This document shows, in pieces, positions 1-10,643 of a stretch of 64,000 nucleotides of DNA. The translations under genes and the position numbers were made by a program. Positions within the stretch are counted from its first letter, which is position 1. Every line of letters starts with the position of its first letter. The notes below the pieces were generated by a model. The model was given only the letters and a program-made list of their open reading frames with translations, had not been told where the DNA came from and searched no databases. The DNA is from Firmicutes bacterium CAG:582 (GTDB lineage Bacteria; Bacillota_I; Bacilli_A; RF39; UBA660), in assembly GCA_000435515.1 (NCBI GenBank), contig FR884184.1, positions 18,941-82,940 of the forward strand. The letters run 5' to 3'.

Positions 1-1195
1 TTATCCTGATATGCCAAAAAACTTTCAAATAACTCAAAATCCACCAGAGGATTGTGCTGGTATGAATGGTTATATCGATATCATTAGACCAGATGGAACT
101 AGTTTTAGAGTTGGAATTGATAATATTCATTTAGAAGAAGATGCAGCAAGCATGAATCACTTGTATGATACTTCAACTATTGATTATAACCGTGCTGGTG
201 TTCCACTTCTTGAACTTGTAACTGAACCTTGCCTACATTCAGCTGATGATGCGGTATATTTCCTTGAATATGTTCGTGCAATATATCAATATTGTGGAAT
301 AAGTGAAGCTGATTCTAAAAAAGGTCAAATAAGATGTGATGTCAACGTATCTATAAGTGATGATGAAGAAACTTTAGGAACTAAAGTAGAAGTTAAAAAT
401 GTCAACTCGTTTGGTGGAGTTCATGATGCAATTGTTTATGAGATCGAAAGACAAAGTGAACTTAAAGATGCAGGACGTTATGATGAAGTAGAACAAGAAA
501 CAAGAAGATATGATGAAGAATCAGGTACAACTAAACATATGCGTAGCAAAGTTGATGCTATCGATTATAAATATTTTGTTGAACCAAATATTCCTAAATT
601 TAAGATATCTAAGGAATGGTTAGAAGAAATAAGAAAAAGTATTCCTGAACTACCTTATGAAAGAAAAGCAAAATATATTGAAAAATATGGATTATCTGAC
701 TATGATGCTGGTATTTTAATAAAGGATATTGACGTCGCTTCATATTTTGAAGAGTGTTTATCCCTTGATCTTGATCCAAAAGTATGTGCAAACTGGATTA
801 CAGGTAATATACTTGGTTATGTTTATAAACATGATATAACTATCAAAGAACTATTTTTAAATCCTAAACGTTTAAGTGTAATCTTAAAGAATATGAGTAA
901 TGGAAAAATATCATCTAAACAAGCTAAAGAATTATTCTTCTTAACTCTTGAAAGATGTGAAGAGCCTGAAGCAATTATGAAAGAAGAGGGCATGGAACAA
1001 ATAAGTGATGATGGAGCCTTAACTTCAATTGTAAGCGAAGTTTTAAATGAAAATAATAGTCAAATAGAAGAATATAAGAATGGTAAAACAAATATGTTTG
1101 ATTACTTTGTTGGTCAAGTTATGAAGAAAACTCGTGGTCAAGCAAACCCAGTTAAAGTAAAAGAAATCTTAACTGATGAATTAAGCAAGAGATAA
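1..1195 (+). CDS. gatB: Asp/Glu-tRNA(Asn/Gln) amidotransferase subunit B, 5'-truncated at the window edge
   Basis: The reading frame is open from position 2. The C-terminal GatB/YqeY-type tail (MFDYFVGQVMKKTRGQANP) and overall GatB-like sequence are present; 394 of roughly 475 aa lie in the window. Confidence 0.85.
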   Translation, partial: YPDMPKNFQITQNPPEDCAGMNGYIDIIRPDGTSFRVGIDNIHLEEDAASMNHLYDTSTIDYNRAGVPLLELVTEPCLHSADDAVYFLEYVRAIYQYCGISEADSKKGQIRCDVNVSISDDEETLGTKVEVKNVNSFGGVHDAIVYEIERQSELKDAGRYDEVEQETRRYDEESGTTKHMRSKVDAIDYKYFVEPNIPKFKISKEWLEEIRKSIPELPYERKAKYIEKYGLSDYDAGILIKDIDVASYFEECLSLDLDPKVCANWITGNILGYVYKHDITIKELFLNPKRLSVILKNMSNGKISSKQAKELFFLTLERCEEPEAIMKEEGMEQISDDGALTSIVSEVLNENNSQIEEYKNGKTNMFDYFVGQVMKKTRGQANPVKVKEILTDELSKR

Positions 1196-1271
1196 TCTTG
1201 CTTTTTTTGATGTTTGCTTTATGGGTCTTATTGTGCTAAAATAGGTTTACTTTTTAGAAATGGGGATAATT

Positions 1272-2390
1272 ATGAAAGAAAATATATGTTTTTATGAAGA
1301 AGATGAAAGTTTAAAAAATTGTGGTTTTTTTGAATTTCTTTGTAAAATAGGATTTGAATTTAATAATAAATTTTTTGATGAAGATGCTTTCTTTAAGGCT
1401 AAAAAAGCAATTATTTATAAAGAATTATTGGCTTGGCCAAAAAACTCAAAAAAACGTATAAACAATTTATTAATAGCGTCCATTTTTGGCAAGATTGATT
1501 CAAAAGAGTTTAATGAAGAGAAAAATAGAGTAATTGAATATATTGAATCTACTCGAAAATGTATGGAATATTTTGAAAAAGAGGCTGATAAGATTTTTGA
1601 TCTTGATGAAGAAATTGCAATTAAAGATACATTTATAGAATGTAATGATATGTCTTTGACGTTGCAATCGGTTAATCACTTCTATGTAATATCATCGGTT
1701 CCTAATAGAGGATTTAATAGAGCTTATCTTGAGTTAGTTAAAGAATATAACAAATTTAGAAAAGGGTTTAATGTGGAAATTGATAACATTTATCCATCAC
1801 CATTGGGTGAAAGAAATATTTCTAGATTACGTGAATTAATAGCTAGTTTAAAACCTATGCATGATAAAATAGTAGAATTTGCAAATATATATGATAATTA
1901 TTTGTTTGCCAAAGAAGAAAGCTATGTTGAAACAGATGCTTCTTTTGAATCTTTGATGAATATGGAACGAAGCACTGGTATAACTGAGAGTGATTTAAAC
2001 GAAGTATTTTGTAATTTGATTAGATATTCAAATTATCTTGATCCAAACTTGAAAATTGAAGCTCAAAAAGAATTAAGAAAAGCCAGATTCTTAGAATTAG
2101 GAGATACCAAGGCTGAACTTATTACTTTTTCTATTTTATCAATGCTTGTTGCTGCGACTTTAAATTATGAAAATGAAAATGTTCAAGTGCTTATATCTAG
2201 TATAATTGCAAGTCCGATAATAACTTATATTCTTGGAAGTGGTTTGGTTAGTAAAATAAACTCGATAGTTGATAAGAAATATATTATAGGTAAGACCTTG
2301 GAAGACGAAATAGATAAAGCATCTTCTATTCAAGTTGGAGAAAACTGGGTTAATGAAAGTATTAGAGGTTTAAAACTACTTGACAAATAA
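1272..2390 (+). CDS. hypothetical protein (cytoplasmic N-terminus, TM-like C-terminal segment)
   Basis: Long ORF. GGGGA lies 5 nt upstream of the ATG at 1272; the track start at 1260 has no SD. No recognisable family. Confidence 0.5.
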   Translation: MKENICFYEEDESLKNCGFFEFLCKIGFEFNNKFFDEDAFFKAKKAIIYKELLAWPKNSKKRINNLLIASIFGKIDSKEFNEEKNRVIEYIESTRKCMEYFEKEADKIFDLDEEIAIKDTFIECNDMSLTLQSVNHFYVISSVPNRGFNRAYLELVKEYNKFRKGFNVEIDNIYPSPLGERNISRLRELIASLKPMHDKIVEFANIYDNYLFAKEESYVETDASFESLMNMERSTGITESDLNEVFCNLIRYSNYLDPNLKIEAQKELRKARFLELGDTKAELITFSILSMLVAATLNYENENVQVLISSIIASPIITYILGSGLVSKINSIVDKKYIIGKTLEDEIDKASSIQVGENWVNESIRGLKLLDK

Positions 2391-2470
2391 TTGTTTGATA
2401 TTTATAATTGAATTCACCTAGTGAAAGTAGTTGATTATATGAAAAATAATTGTAAAATTTTAAACTTTAG

Positions 2471-2506
2471 TGATCGCTTGTAGATAGGAACAAAGCGGTC
2501 TTTTTT
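2471..2506 (+). terminator. rho-independent terminator after the 1272..2390 gene
   Basis: Imperfect hairpin gatcgcttg...caaagcggtc followed by TTTTTT. Confidence 0.4.
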
Positions 2507-2529
2507 ATTAGAAAGTTGGGTGGTTTTTT

Positions 2530-3963
2530 TTGAAATTTGAAGAGTTAATAATTAAATTGGATTATTTAAGTGAAGAAGATTTGATTTTGATCAAAAAATC
2601 TTATGATATGGCATCTGTGGCTCATAGTCATCAACTTCGTGATTCGGGTGAACCTTTTATTACTCATCCATTAGCTGTTGCATCCATTCTTGCTGATTGG
2701 AAGGCTGATAGAAACACGATATGTGCTGCGATTTTACATGATATTGTTGAAGATACAAATATTACTTTGAAAGAAATTGAAAACCTATTTGGGGAAAATG
2801 TTGCTAGTTTAGTTGATGGAGTTACCAAACTTACTTCTATGAATTTTTCTAGTAAATTGGAAAATAAAAACGCTAATATGAGGAAGATAATAACGTCTTT
2901 TAGAAAAGATGTCAGAATTATTTTAATAAAACTTGCTGATAGATTACATAACATGAGAACTTTAGAATATAAAGACCATAAAAAAAGAAAAATAAAAGCA
3001 TTAGAAACCATGGATTTATATGTGCCTTTGGCTTATTTTATTGGAGCATATAATGTAAAAAGTGAATTAGAAGATTTATCATTTAAATTTTTAATGCCAG
3101 AGATTTATCAAGATACTTTTATTTTAAGAAAAAACGTTCTTACTAATGCCGATTTAGCTATTGAAGAAATGTCACATGAAATAGGGACAACACTTACAGA
3201 TAATGATATTTCTAATGATATAAAACTTCATATAAAAAATATTTATGGAGTTCATAAGCGAATACTAGAAAAAGAGGATAAAAATAATATTCATGATTTA
3301 ATAAGTTTTCAGGTAATTGTTAATGAAGTGATGGATTGTTATTTATCCTTAGGTTATATTCATCATTTATATCGTCCAATCTGTGAGGAATTTAAAGATT
3401 ATATAAGTTCTCCTAAAACAAATATGTATTCTTCTTTAAATACAACTGTTTTTGGACTTGATTCAACTATTATGCAAAGCCATATAAGAACAAGAAAAAT
3501 GCATTTAATAGATACTTTAGGAATAGGTGCTTATTGGCAATTAAAAGGAAAAGGTTCTGAAGAGATGATGCAAGTTGATATTCAAAATAAGTACCAGTTT
3601 TATAAATCTCTTACTGAAATAGATGAAGCATACTTTAATAATCAGGAATTTATTGATCAAGTTAATCGTGAACTTTTAGGAAAGAAGATATACGTATATG
3701 ATTCAAAAGGAAATAGTATTGAATTACCAGTTGGCTCTACGATTATAGATTTTATATATAAAACGTGCCCGGATAACGCTCAAAATGTTAAAGAAGCAAG
3801 TGTTAATGAAAATGTTGTCCCATATGATTATGTATTAAATAATTCTGATCGTGTTAATTTAACTCTTAATAGGAACGTAACTTATTTAGATTCATCTTGG
3901 CTTGAAAATGCACATATTACGCTTGCTAAAAGAAAAATATTAGAAACATTAAATAATAAATGA
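2530..3963 (+). CDS. RelA/SpoT-homolog paralog, short hydrolase-type (intact HD domain, degenerate synthetase-like region, TGS domain, no ACT domain)
   Basis: HD hydrolase motifs are intact (HPLAVASIL, HDIVEDT, RLHNMRTL). The synthetase-like region is degenerate (IKNIYGVHKRI replaces GRVKSxxSIYxK; MYSSLNTTVFG replaces YQSLHTTV). A TGS-like segment is present (IYVYDSKGNSIELPVGSTIIDFIY). TTG start with GGGTGG SD. Confidence 0.75.
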   Translation: MKFEELIIKLDYLSEEDLILIKKSYDMASVAHSHQLRDSGEPFITHPLAVASILADWKADRNTICAAILHDIVEDTNITLKEIENLFGENVASLVDGVTKLTSMNFSSKLENKNANMRKIITSFRKDVRIILIKLADRLHNMRTLEYKDHKKRKIKALETMDLYVPLAYFIGAYNVKSELEDLSFKFLMPEIYQDTFILRKNVLTNADLAIEEMSHEIGTTLTDNDISNDIKLHIKNIYGVHKRILEKEDKNNIHDLISFQVIVNEVMDCYLSLGYIHHLYRPICEEFKDYISSPKTNMYSSLNTTVFGLDSTIMQSHIRTRKMHLIDTLGIGAYWQLKGKGSEEMMQVDIQNKYQFYKSLTEIDEAYFNNQEFIDQVNRELLGKKIYVYDSKGNSIELPVGSTIIDFIYKTCPDNAQNVKEASVNENVVPYDYVLNNSDRVNLTLNRNVTYLDSSWLENAHITLAKRKILETLNNK

Positions 3964-4011
3964 TATATAATAGATTTTGTGATAGAATAGTAATAGAATA
4001 TGAGGGATTAT

Positions 4012-5106
4012 ATGAAAAGAGTTTTATTACTATTACTAGTAGTACCAAGTTTTGTTTTTGCATCTTCTTTAGATTGTGAAAACGGAAATTATAAATTAAA
4101 TGATGAATTCAAGTGCGTTTTAAAAAGTTCAATTGATAAGACATATGAATCAATTATGGGTACAATCAATGTTCCTGAACATATAACCTGTGATTTAGCT
4201 AGTTATGATTCGGGTTTAAGTGAAATTAGCAAGTATGAAAATAATAAGTTTAATTTAAAAGGTACGTCTTTAAGTGAAAACTACATAACTTTAAAATGTA
4301 AGATAACTAAGGATGTAACTACGTTAACTAAAGAAAAACTAGAAATTGATGATTTTACATATGATGGTATTACTGAAATAGTTAGAAGTAATGACATTAA
4401 TATAATTTCTACTTCTGTCAGTAAGCCCAAAAACACTAGTAAAAATTCTTTATTAATTAATGATGTAAGTGATGAAAAGATTGAATTTGTATTTTCTAAA
4501 TATATAACTGACTATAACATAGAAGTCTTAAATGATGTTGAAAGTTTTAATCCAGTAGTAACACTTGCGTCATCTACATCAACTTATGAAATAAGTAACA
4601 CGAATCTTAATGTTGGAGAAAATGTTATAGATATTTTTGTTACAGATGGAAATGGAGATAAAAATACTTATACTTTTAATATTAAAAGATTAGATGTTGG
4701 AGAAACAAAATACGTAAAAGAAAGTGATTCTACTGCTAAGAATATTGAAGTTATTGGCCAAAAATTCACTTATAATGTTAAGAAAAAATCTTATACTTTA
4801 AAAGTTTCAGGAAATGTAACTAAACTTGATATCAATGTTACACCAAATTATGATAAAGCAACAGTAAACATATCGGGTAATAATAATTTAAAAAACAAAA
4901 GTAGAATAGTGATAAAAGTCACAAGTGAAGATGGAACAAGTGATACTAAATATTATATAACTATAAATAAGAAATTTGATATAGTTGAGAATAAAGACTT
5001 AATAATAACGATTATTGTTGGTGTTTTAGTAGTATCTTTAATTATAGCTATACTAATTACTAATAACAAAAAGAATAAGAAAGAAACAACTGTGGTTCAA
5101 AAATAA
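4012..5106 (+). CDS. secreted/surface protein with N-terminal signal peptide and C-terminal TM anchor
   Basis: Signal peptide MKRVLLLLLVVPSFVFASS. C-terminal hydrophobic helix plus KKNKKE tail. GAGGGA SD precedes the ATG at 4012; the track start at 4000 lacks an SD. Confidence 0.55.
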   Translation: MKRVLLLLLVVPSFVFASSLDCENGNYKLNDEFKCVLKSSIDKTYESIMGTINVPEHITCDLASYDSGLSEISKYENNKFNLKGTSLSENYITLKCKITKDVTTLTKEKLEIDDFTYDGITEIVRSNDINIISTSVSKPKNTSKNSLLINDVSDEKIEFVFSKYITDYNIEVLNDVESFNPVVTLASSTSTYEISNTNLNVGENVIDIFVTDGNGDKNTYTFNIKRLDVGETKYVKESDSTAKNIEVIGQKFTYNVKKKSYTLKVSGNVTKLDINVTPNYDKATVNISGNNNLKNKSRIVIKVTSEDGTSDTKYYITINKKFDIVENKDLIITIIVGVLVVSLIIAILITNNKKNKKETTVVQK

Positions 5107-5150
5107 ACAAAAAAAGTTATGCAATTTATTTTGCATATTTTTTATGCATA
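5107..5150 (+). terminator. rho-independent terminator
   Basis: tatgcaa-tttatt-ttgcata inverted repeat followed by a T-run, directly after the stop codon. Confidence 0.4.
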
Positions 5151-5695
5151 AAGGCTAATATTTAGTTAATTTTATTGAATAAGGAACTGCTGATTGCACA
5201 TGTAGAAGTACACTGAGATTACTTAAAAATCAAAATTTTTTTTATTTGTTAAACGATAATGTTGCGGTTTAGTACATATATTTTGGATGATTTGATATAA
5301 AGTTAAAAGCGTTCATTGATAGATTTTGTGATCTTTTCTAATATAGCTATATCTCATTTTGTTTTATGTTGTACTTGAGTTTTTTTATTTTCTTAAGTTG
5401 TATATCAAAATAATTAATAAATTTTTAATACAAATCAATTATAAATAAGTCATATAGTTATGCTTTTTGATTTTTAGAATGAGTGGATTCAAATTACTTT
5501 TTAAAAGTTTCTTTATAATCATTTAAAATTTTGTTAACAATTAGTATAATATTCATTGGTAAAAACTTGCTTTCTATTTTTTTAGACAATTAAATTATAA
5601 AGCAATTTTTAGGTTTTTGCTTTTTTTATTAATTTTAAGGGCAAAACTCTTGAGATCTCCACACTTTGGAAACACTATCTTTTTATATAGTTTAT

Positions 5696-5724
5696 TTGAC
5701 AGTAATACTTAATTATGCTAGAAT
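5696..5724 (+). promoter_or_regulatory. sigma-A type promoter for the ANL-family gene
   Basis: TTGACA, 17-nt spacer, TAGAAT. An AAGAGGGG SD and the ATG at 5756 follow. Confidence 0.5.
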
Positions 5725-5755
5725 ATCAAGCAAGTTAAGTGAAGAGGGGTTATAT

Positions 5756-7756
5756 ATGGAATTAAAAAAGACTTTTTTAGAAACAGGTAATATACCTACT
5801 TACGATTTAGAAGCCGAAGTATTGAAAATGAAACAAAACTATAAAAATAAACCATCGTATCGAGTTGTCAAATCTAGAAATGGCAAAAAGACTTTGGAAG
5901 CTTTGAAAAAAATTCATAGTCAACATAATAATTCTTGGTATTTTGAATTAAAAAAAATTTATAAAGATTTTCCAGATACTGTTGCTTTATTTTATAGGGG
6001 TAATAAGATTAGTGCAGCAAAAATGTTTTCTAAAGCAGAAATGTTTGCTAAATCATTGCAAAAAATGGGCGTTAGACCACACGATAAAATAGCTGCTTGT
6101 TTATCCAACACTCCCGAATTTGTGGAATTATTGATTGCTGTGAGTATTTGTGGGGCTAAAATAAATTTATTTGGAGATCATTATGATAAATCATTTGTTT
6201 CCGAAATTTTGAATGAATGTTCTGATAATGTGTTTTTTGCCACGGATGATGTTTATGAGAATATAAAGAATCAAGTTGATTGTAGAAATTTTAAAAATAA
6301 AGTAATTTTTTCTTTAGCTGATTCATTAAAAAATCCAGAATTATGTGATGAATATGAACCTGAATTAGATAAATATTATCATTTTGAAAATAAGGTCCCT
6401 GATTTTCTAAACACGGATTCTTCCATAATGTCTGTTGATGAGTTTGAGAAATACGGAGAAAATTATGAGGACTATTATGAGTATCAAGGTACATTGGATG
6501 ATGAATTTCTAACTACTTATACAAGTGGATCCACGAAAATTGGGTATCCAAAGCCTATGGTTCATACTAATCGTAGTTTAATTGTAAGTGGTATATTTCA
6601 TTCTCCAGAATTGACTGGTAATCCGGAAATTAATGGCCTTAGAGGTTTGGCACACATTCATTGTGATTCTAATACTAATGTTATAACTTGTATATCAGAT
6701 AATTTGATGCAAAAGTGGACAGTTGCGTTAGAACCTGTTTATGGACCTGAAACTTTTCTTGATGTATTATTTATTAATAAACCAAATTATTGCAATGCTA
6801 CAACAAGCCATATTCTTGTTGCCGCAAAGCAATATTTACTATATAAAAAACATTTTGATAGAAAATTACCTTGGTTGATTGGACTATTTGCTGTTGGCGA
6901 AGGTGTTAGCAAAGGGGAAGAAAAATTTATTAATCGCTTCCTTAAAAAAGCCAAAGCTGGAAGTGGTGTTAAATTTAATGGTTTATCGGTTCCTTTTGTA
7001 ACCTTGTCAATTGGCGGAGGCGATACTGAGCATGGCGGAATTTGGTATACCTTATGGAAGGGATTATTTGAAAAAATTTATTCACCGTTTTTGAAAAATG
7101 GTGAACTTGGTTTAAAACCTGTTCCATATGTTCATACCACTGCTTTAAAAAACGTAGATGGAAAATGGATAGAATGTGATTATGATGAAGTTGGATTATT
7201 AGTATCTAATTCTGAAACTACTTACAAACGTTATGAAAATCTTCCGGAAAAAACTTTAGATACAATTGTTACAGAATCAAATGGAAGAGATTGGGTTTCT
7301 AACAATGTATCTGGATATATTGATAAGCTAGGGACTATACATGTTAAAGACCGTTATGGAGATTGTATCAAGGTTACTGATAGACTTTCTATTGAAAATT
7401 ATGCTATAAGAGATATAGTCCTTGAAGATTTTAAAAATGTGATGACATGTGTTGTAACTTCTATCGAAGTAGATGGAAAGAATTGCCCTGTTATTAATAT
7501 TGAAATACAACCGTATGCTAAAGAAAATATGCTAACAATTATCACAAATCTTAGAGAAAGATTATTGAACAATTTACCGTTTGATGCTGCGTCAAATTGC
7601 TTGGTGCGAATATTTGATGAATATAGTAATAATCATTTTCCTTTAACTGGAAGCGGAAAGAGAAGTGCGGCGTTATTGGAAAATATGTCTTTAGATAATA
7701 CATTTAGATTATTTCCTAAAGATTTTCCATATTATACATTAAAAAAGCATAATTGA
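5756..7756 (+). CDS. divergent AMP-binding (ANL superfamily) acyl-CoA synthetase-like enzyme
   Basis: Degenerate P-loop TYTSGSTKIGYPKP (consensus TSGTTGxPKG). C-terminal SGYIDKLGTIHVKDRYGDCIKV matches the ANL hinge motif. The start is taken at the ATG behind the promoter and SD; the track's 5666 start lacks an SD. Confidence 0.6.
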   Translation: MELKKTFLETGNIPTYDLEAEVLKMKQNYKNKPSYRVVKSRNGKKTLEALKKIHSQHNNSWYFELKKIYKDFPDTVALFYRGNKISAAKMFSKAEMFAKSLQKMGVRPHDKIAACLSNTPEFVELLIAVSICGAKINLFGDHYDKSFVSEILNECSDNVFFATDDVYENIKNQVDCRNFKNKVIFSLADSLKNPELCDEYEPELDKYYHFENKVPDFLNTDSSIMSVDEFEKYGENYEDYYEYQGTLDDEFLTTYTSGSTKIGYPKPMVHTNRSLIVSGIFHSPELTGNPEINGLRGLAHIHCDSNTNVITCISDNLMQKWTVALEPVYGPETFLDVLFINKPNYCNATTSHILVAAKQYLLYKKHFDRKLPWLIGLFAVGEGVSKGEEKFINRFLKKAKAGSGVKFNGLSVPFVTLSIGGGDTEHGGIWYTLWKGLFEKIYSPFLKNGELGLKPVPYVHTTALKNVDGKWIECDYDEVGLLVSNSETTYKRYENLPEKTLDTIVTESNGRDWVSNNVSGYIDKLGTIHVKDRYGDCIKVTDRLSIENYAIRDIVLEDFKNVMTCVVTSIEVDGKNCPVINIEIQPYAKENMLTIITNLRERLLNNLPFDAASNCLVRIFDEYSNNHFPLTGSGKRSAALLENMSLDNTFRLFPKDFPYYTLKKHN

Positions 7757-7844
7757 AAAAGATCTTAATAAAAATATCACTTACTTTTGTGGTATTTTTT
7801 TTATTTGTATGTTAAAATTATGTAGAATAGTGGTGATTTAGTAT

Positions 7845-9653
7845 ATGGGATATGTTTTTATAATGAATTTTATTTATATTATTATGATTATGCTAATCTA
7901 TTTTTCTAAAAAAAGGGTTGATAATTTAGATAATAAAATTTATTCGACTATTTTAGTTTTAAATTCCGTGGGTGTTGTTGTTGACATTTTACAATTTATT
8001 TTGATTAAAAACAGTGCTCCGACAAATGTAATTTTATTTGTAAATAAATTGTTCTTAATTTATGTAATTACGTGGACAGCAGTTTACAATTATTATGTTA
8101 TAAGCATTAGGAGAAATGATGAAAAAATAATTAGAAGCAATATTGTGAAGCTTCTATTGTTAACGTACGTTATTTTTGTTGTGATTGTAATTGCTTTGCC
8201 TGTGTCATATCGACTTAATGATGATGGAACAATGTACTCTACGGGTTTAGCTGTTAAGTTCGCATATGGTGCAGTTAGTTATTATATCCTTATTATGTTT
8301 GTAAGTATGATAATTAATTTAACACATGACCACAAGAATTCTGAAAAATATAAACCGGTATTATCATTTTTGGTTTTGGGTTCTATCAGTGGATTATTAC
8401 AAATGATGAATCCTATTCTTTTATTAACTTCTCCAGTGGAAACTTTTGTAACTATTTTAACGTACTTTTTTATTGAAAACCCTGATATAAAGATGCTTAA
8501 TGAAGTAACTGCTGCAAAAGATGCTGCTGATAAAGCTAATCGTGCTAAATCTGATTTCTTAAGCAGTATGTCTCATGAAATACGTACTCCATTAAATGCA
8601 ATTGTTGGTTTTTCTGAATGTATAAAGAATGCGGATAGTTTAGAAGAAGCAAAAGAAAATGCAGCTGATATAGTAACTGCTTCAGAATCTTTACTTGAAA
8701 TAGTTAATGGTATACTTGATATTTCTAAGATTGAATCAGGTAAGTTAGAGCTTGTTCAAAGTGATTATGATATATATAAGATACTTGATGAAGTTGTCAA
8801 ACTTATAAAAGCTCGTTTAGGAGATAAACCTCTTAATTTTGAGGTAAATATTGCTCCCGATATTCCGCATGTATTATATGGAGATCATTTCAATATAAAA
8901 AAGATTTTGATTAATTTCTTAACCAATGCAGTTAAATATACTGATGAAGGATATGTAAAATTTGATGTTAAATGTGTTATTGTAAACAATAATGTTTGTA
9001 GACTTATTATGAGTGTTAAGGATTCTGGTAGAGGTATTAAAAAAGAAAATATTGATAAATTGTTTACTAAGTTTCAAAGACTTGATGAGGATAAAAATAC
9101 AACTATTGAAGGAACTGGACTTGGCCTTGCAATTACAAAACAATTAGTTGAAATGATGCATGGTAAGATCGTCGTTAATTCAATTTATGGAGAGGGTTCA
9201 GAGTTTACTGTTGCAATCGATCAAAGAATAAGCAACCATAAACTTGAAACTCAAGAGGATATAAGTGATGATGTAATTGATCTTACTGGAAGAAAAATAC
9301 TTGTAGTTGATGATAATAAACTTAATTTAAAGGTTGCAGTTAAACTTCTTCAACCATATAAATGTGTTGTAGAAACTTGTGAAAGTGGATTTGGATGCAT
9401 TGATAAAATTACAAGTGGTAACAAATATGATATTATTTTACTTGATGATATGATGCCTAATATGGATGGAATTGAAACATTTAAACAATTACATGAAGAT
9501 CCATCTTTTAAAACTCCAGTTATATCTTTAACAGCTGATGCTGTAGTTGGTGCAAAAGACAAATTTATAAATGCAGGGTTTAATGGATATGTTTCTAAGC
9601 CAATTGATAAAAAAATGTTAGATGATGCTATAAATAAGGCTTTAAAAGATTAA
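7845..9653 (+). CDS. hybrid sensor histidine kinase (multi-TM N-terminus, HisKA, HATPase_c, C-terminal receiver domain)
   Basis: H-box SHEIRTPLNAIVGFSE. HATPase G-boxes DSGRGI and GTGLGLAI. Receiver domain ILVVDDNKLN...LLDDMMPNMDG...LTAD. Confidence 0.8.
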   Translation: MGYVFIMNFIYIIMIMLIYFSKKRVDNLDNKIYSTILVLNSVGVVVDILQFILIKNSAPTNVILFVNKLFLIYVITWTAVYNYYVISIRRNDEKIIRSNIVKLLLLTYVIFVVIVIALPVSYRLNDDGTMYSTGLAVKFAYGAVSYYILIMFVSMIINLTHDHKNSEKYKPVLSFLVLGSISGLLQMMNPILLLTSPVETFVTILTYFFIENPDIKMLNEVTAAKDAADKANRAKSDFLSSMSHEIRTPLNAIVGFSECIKNADSLEEAKENAADIVTASESLLEIVNGILDISKIESGKLELVQSDYDIYKILDEVVKLIKARLGDKPLNFEVNIAPDIPHVLYGDHFNIKKILINFLTNAVKYTDEGYVKFDVKCVIVNNNVCRLIMSVKDSGRGIKKENIDKLFTKFQRLDEDKNTTIEGTGLGLAITKQLVEMMHGKIVVNSIYGEGSEFTVAIDQRISNHKLETQEDISDDVIDLTGRKILVVDDNKLNLKVAVKLLQPYKCVVETCESGFGCIDKITSGNKYDIILLDDMMPNMDGIETFKQLHEDPSFKTPVISLTADAVVGAKDKFINAGFNGYVSKPIDKKMLDDAINKALKD

Positions 9654-9670
9654 TAAAACGTATTATAATA

Positions 9671-9698
9671 ATGAACAATTTAATATTGTTCATTTTTT
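9671..9698 (+). terminator. rho-independent terminator
   Basis: atgaacaat-ttaat-attgttcat hairpin followed by TTTTTT. Confidence 0.5.
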
Positions 9699-9713
9699 GT
9701 GGGGGTAATTTAT

Positions 9714-10613
9714 ATGGAAATGTGGAAAAATAAAATAAAAAGAAGATCCAATGTTGAAGTAGAAAAATTTGAGGATTGTATAAAAGTGTCTATTGGTGAA
9801 GATACAGATAAATCCAAATTAAAAAAAATAGTTGATGGCCATTTACTTGACAAACTTGATTCTACACTTAATCATGGTGATTACTATTACTATAAATTTG
9901 AAGATGGATCTGCTTTATATGTTTTATTAAACAATATAACAAAAATGTTTTTTAATAAAAATGGTGAGGTATCTTCGTTGACAATTAATGATGCAAGTGC
10001 CTATTATATTTTTTCTTGTGAAGGAAAATATGTTGATTCTTATTCTCCAAAAGAGGATAGAGAAGATGCTTATCCTCAATTGCTTAAGTTTATTTTAGAA
10101 TATGGTAATGTAGTTGGTAGTATATTTTTAGATGAACTACCATATCATGCTATAACATCCAGAATATATATTCCTAGTGTTTTTATTAAAGTTATTGAGG
10201 AAGATGGTATCGCTTTGGCTAGAATAAACCGTCCTGTTTGGTATGGTGAATCTTTTTCATACTTTATAATTGATCAAAAAATAAATGCAATAGTTGGTAG
10301 AATTTCTATGAATTTAAACGAGAAAGGTGAGGATAATTTTGAATATTCTGGTAATGTATCTTATGAGGTTTATTTAGGGTATAGACATAAAGGATATGCA
10401 ACAAAAGCTTTATGTTTATTAAAAGAATATACTGAATATTTAGACGATAGCTATAATAAAGATTTGTATATATCTACTGTTGTAAATAATGTATATAGTC
10501 AACAAACTGCTTTAAAAAGTGGTGCAAAACTTTATATGGACACGGATGTTCCAAAAGGGGACGCACTTCGCTTTATAGAAAAAGTTGATCATGTTTTGAT
10601 TTATAAATTATAG
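9714..10613 (+). CDS. protein with C-terminal GNAT N-acetyltransferase-like domain
   Basis: GNAT motif A-like YRHKGYATKAL. GGGGG SD sits 8 nt before the ATG at 9714; the track's GTG start at 9699 is in frame. Confidence 0.45.
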   Translation: MEMWKNKIKRRSNVEVEKFEDCIKVSIGEDTDKSKLKKIVDGHLLDKLDSTLNHGDYYYYKFEDGSALYVLLNNITKMFFNKNGEVSSLTINDASAYYIFSCEGKYVDSYSPKEDREDAYPQLLKFILEYGNVVGSIFLDELPYHAITSRIYIPSVFIKVIEEDGIALARINRPVWYGESFSYFIIDQKINAIVGRISMNLNEKGEDNFEYSGNVSYEVYLGYRHKGYATKALCLLKEYTEYLDDSYNKDLYISTVVNNVYSQQTALKSGAKLYMDTDVPKGDALRFIEKVDHVLIYKL

Positions 10614-10643
10614 ATTATAATGTATACTAATAATGGTGATGAT

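Noticed and set aside
609-791. Short antisense ORFs from the six-frame track that lie inside strong genes (609..791, 2664..3011, 6291..6494, 7328..7510, 8919..9143, 9350..9562, 11225..11422, 13363..13650, 15039..15338, 17520..17846, 19785..20042, 21591..21803, 23366..23590, 24579..24887, 26223..26477, 31038..31244, 33479..33676, 33988..34191, 39074..39322, 45505..45714, 45952..46152, 47367..47561, 48768..48962, 51558..51821, 53765..53965, 55526..55780, 58201..58459, 60016..60219, 61704..61931, 62095..62292)
   Set aside because: All are embedded antisense or out of frame within well-supported genes and lack SD sequences. Their low-complexity products are typical of AT-rich reverse frames.
5666-5755. 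Track start codons giving N-terminal extensions (5666 for the ANL gene, 32461 for the small ORF, 51504 for rarA, 60223..61527 for pdp, 43699 for the HTH gene)
   Set aside because: The internal ATGs have proper SD sequences and, at 5756, a consensus promoter immediately upstream. The extensions lack an SD and overlap promoters or antisense genes.
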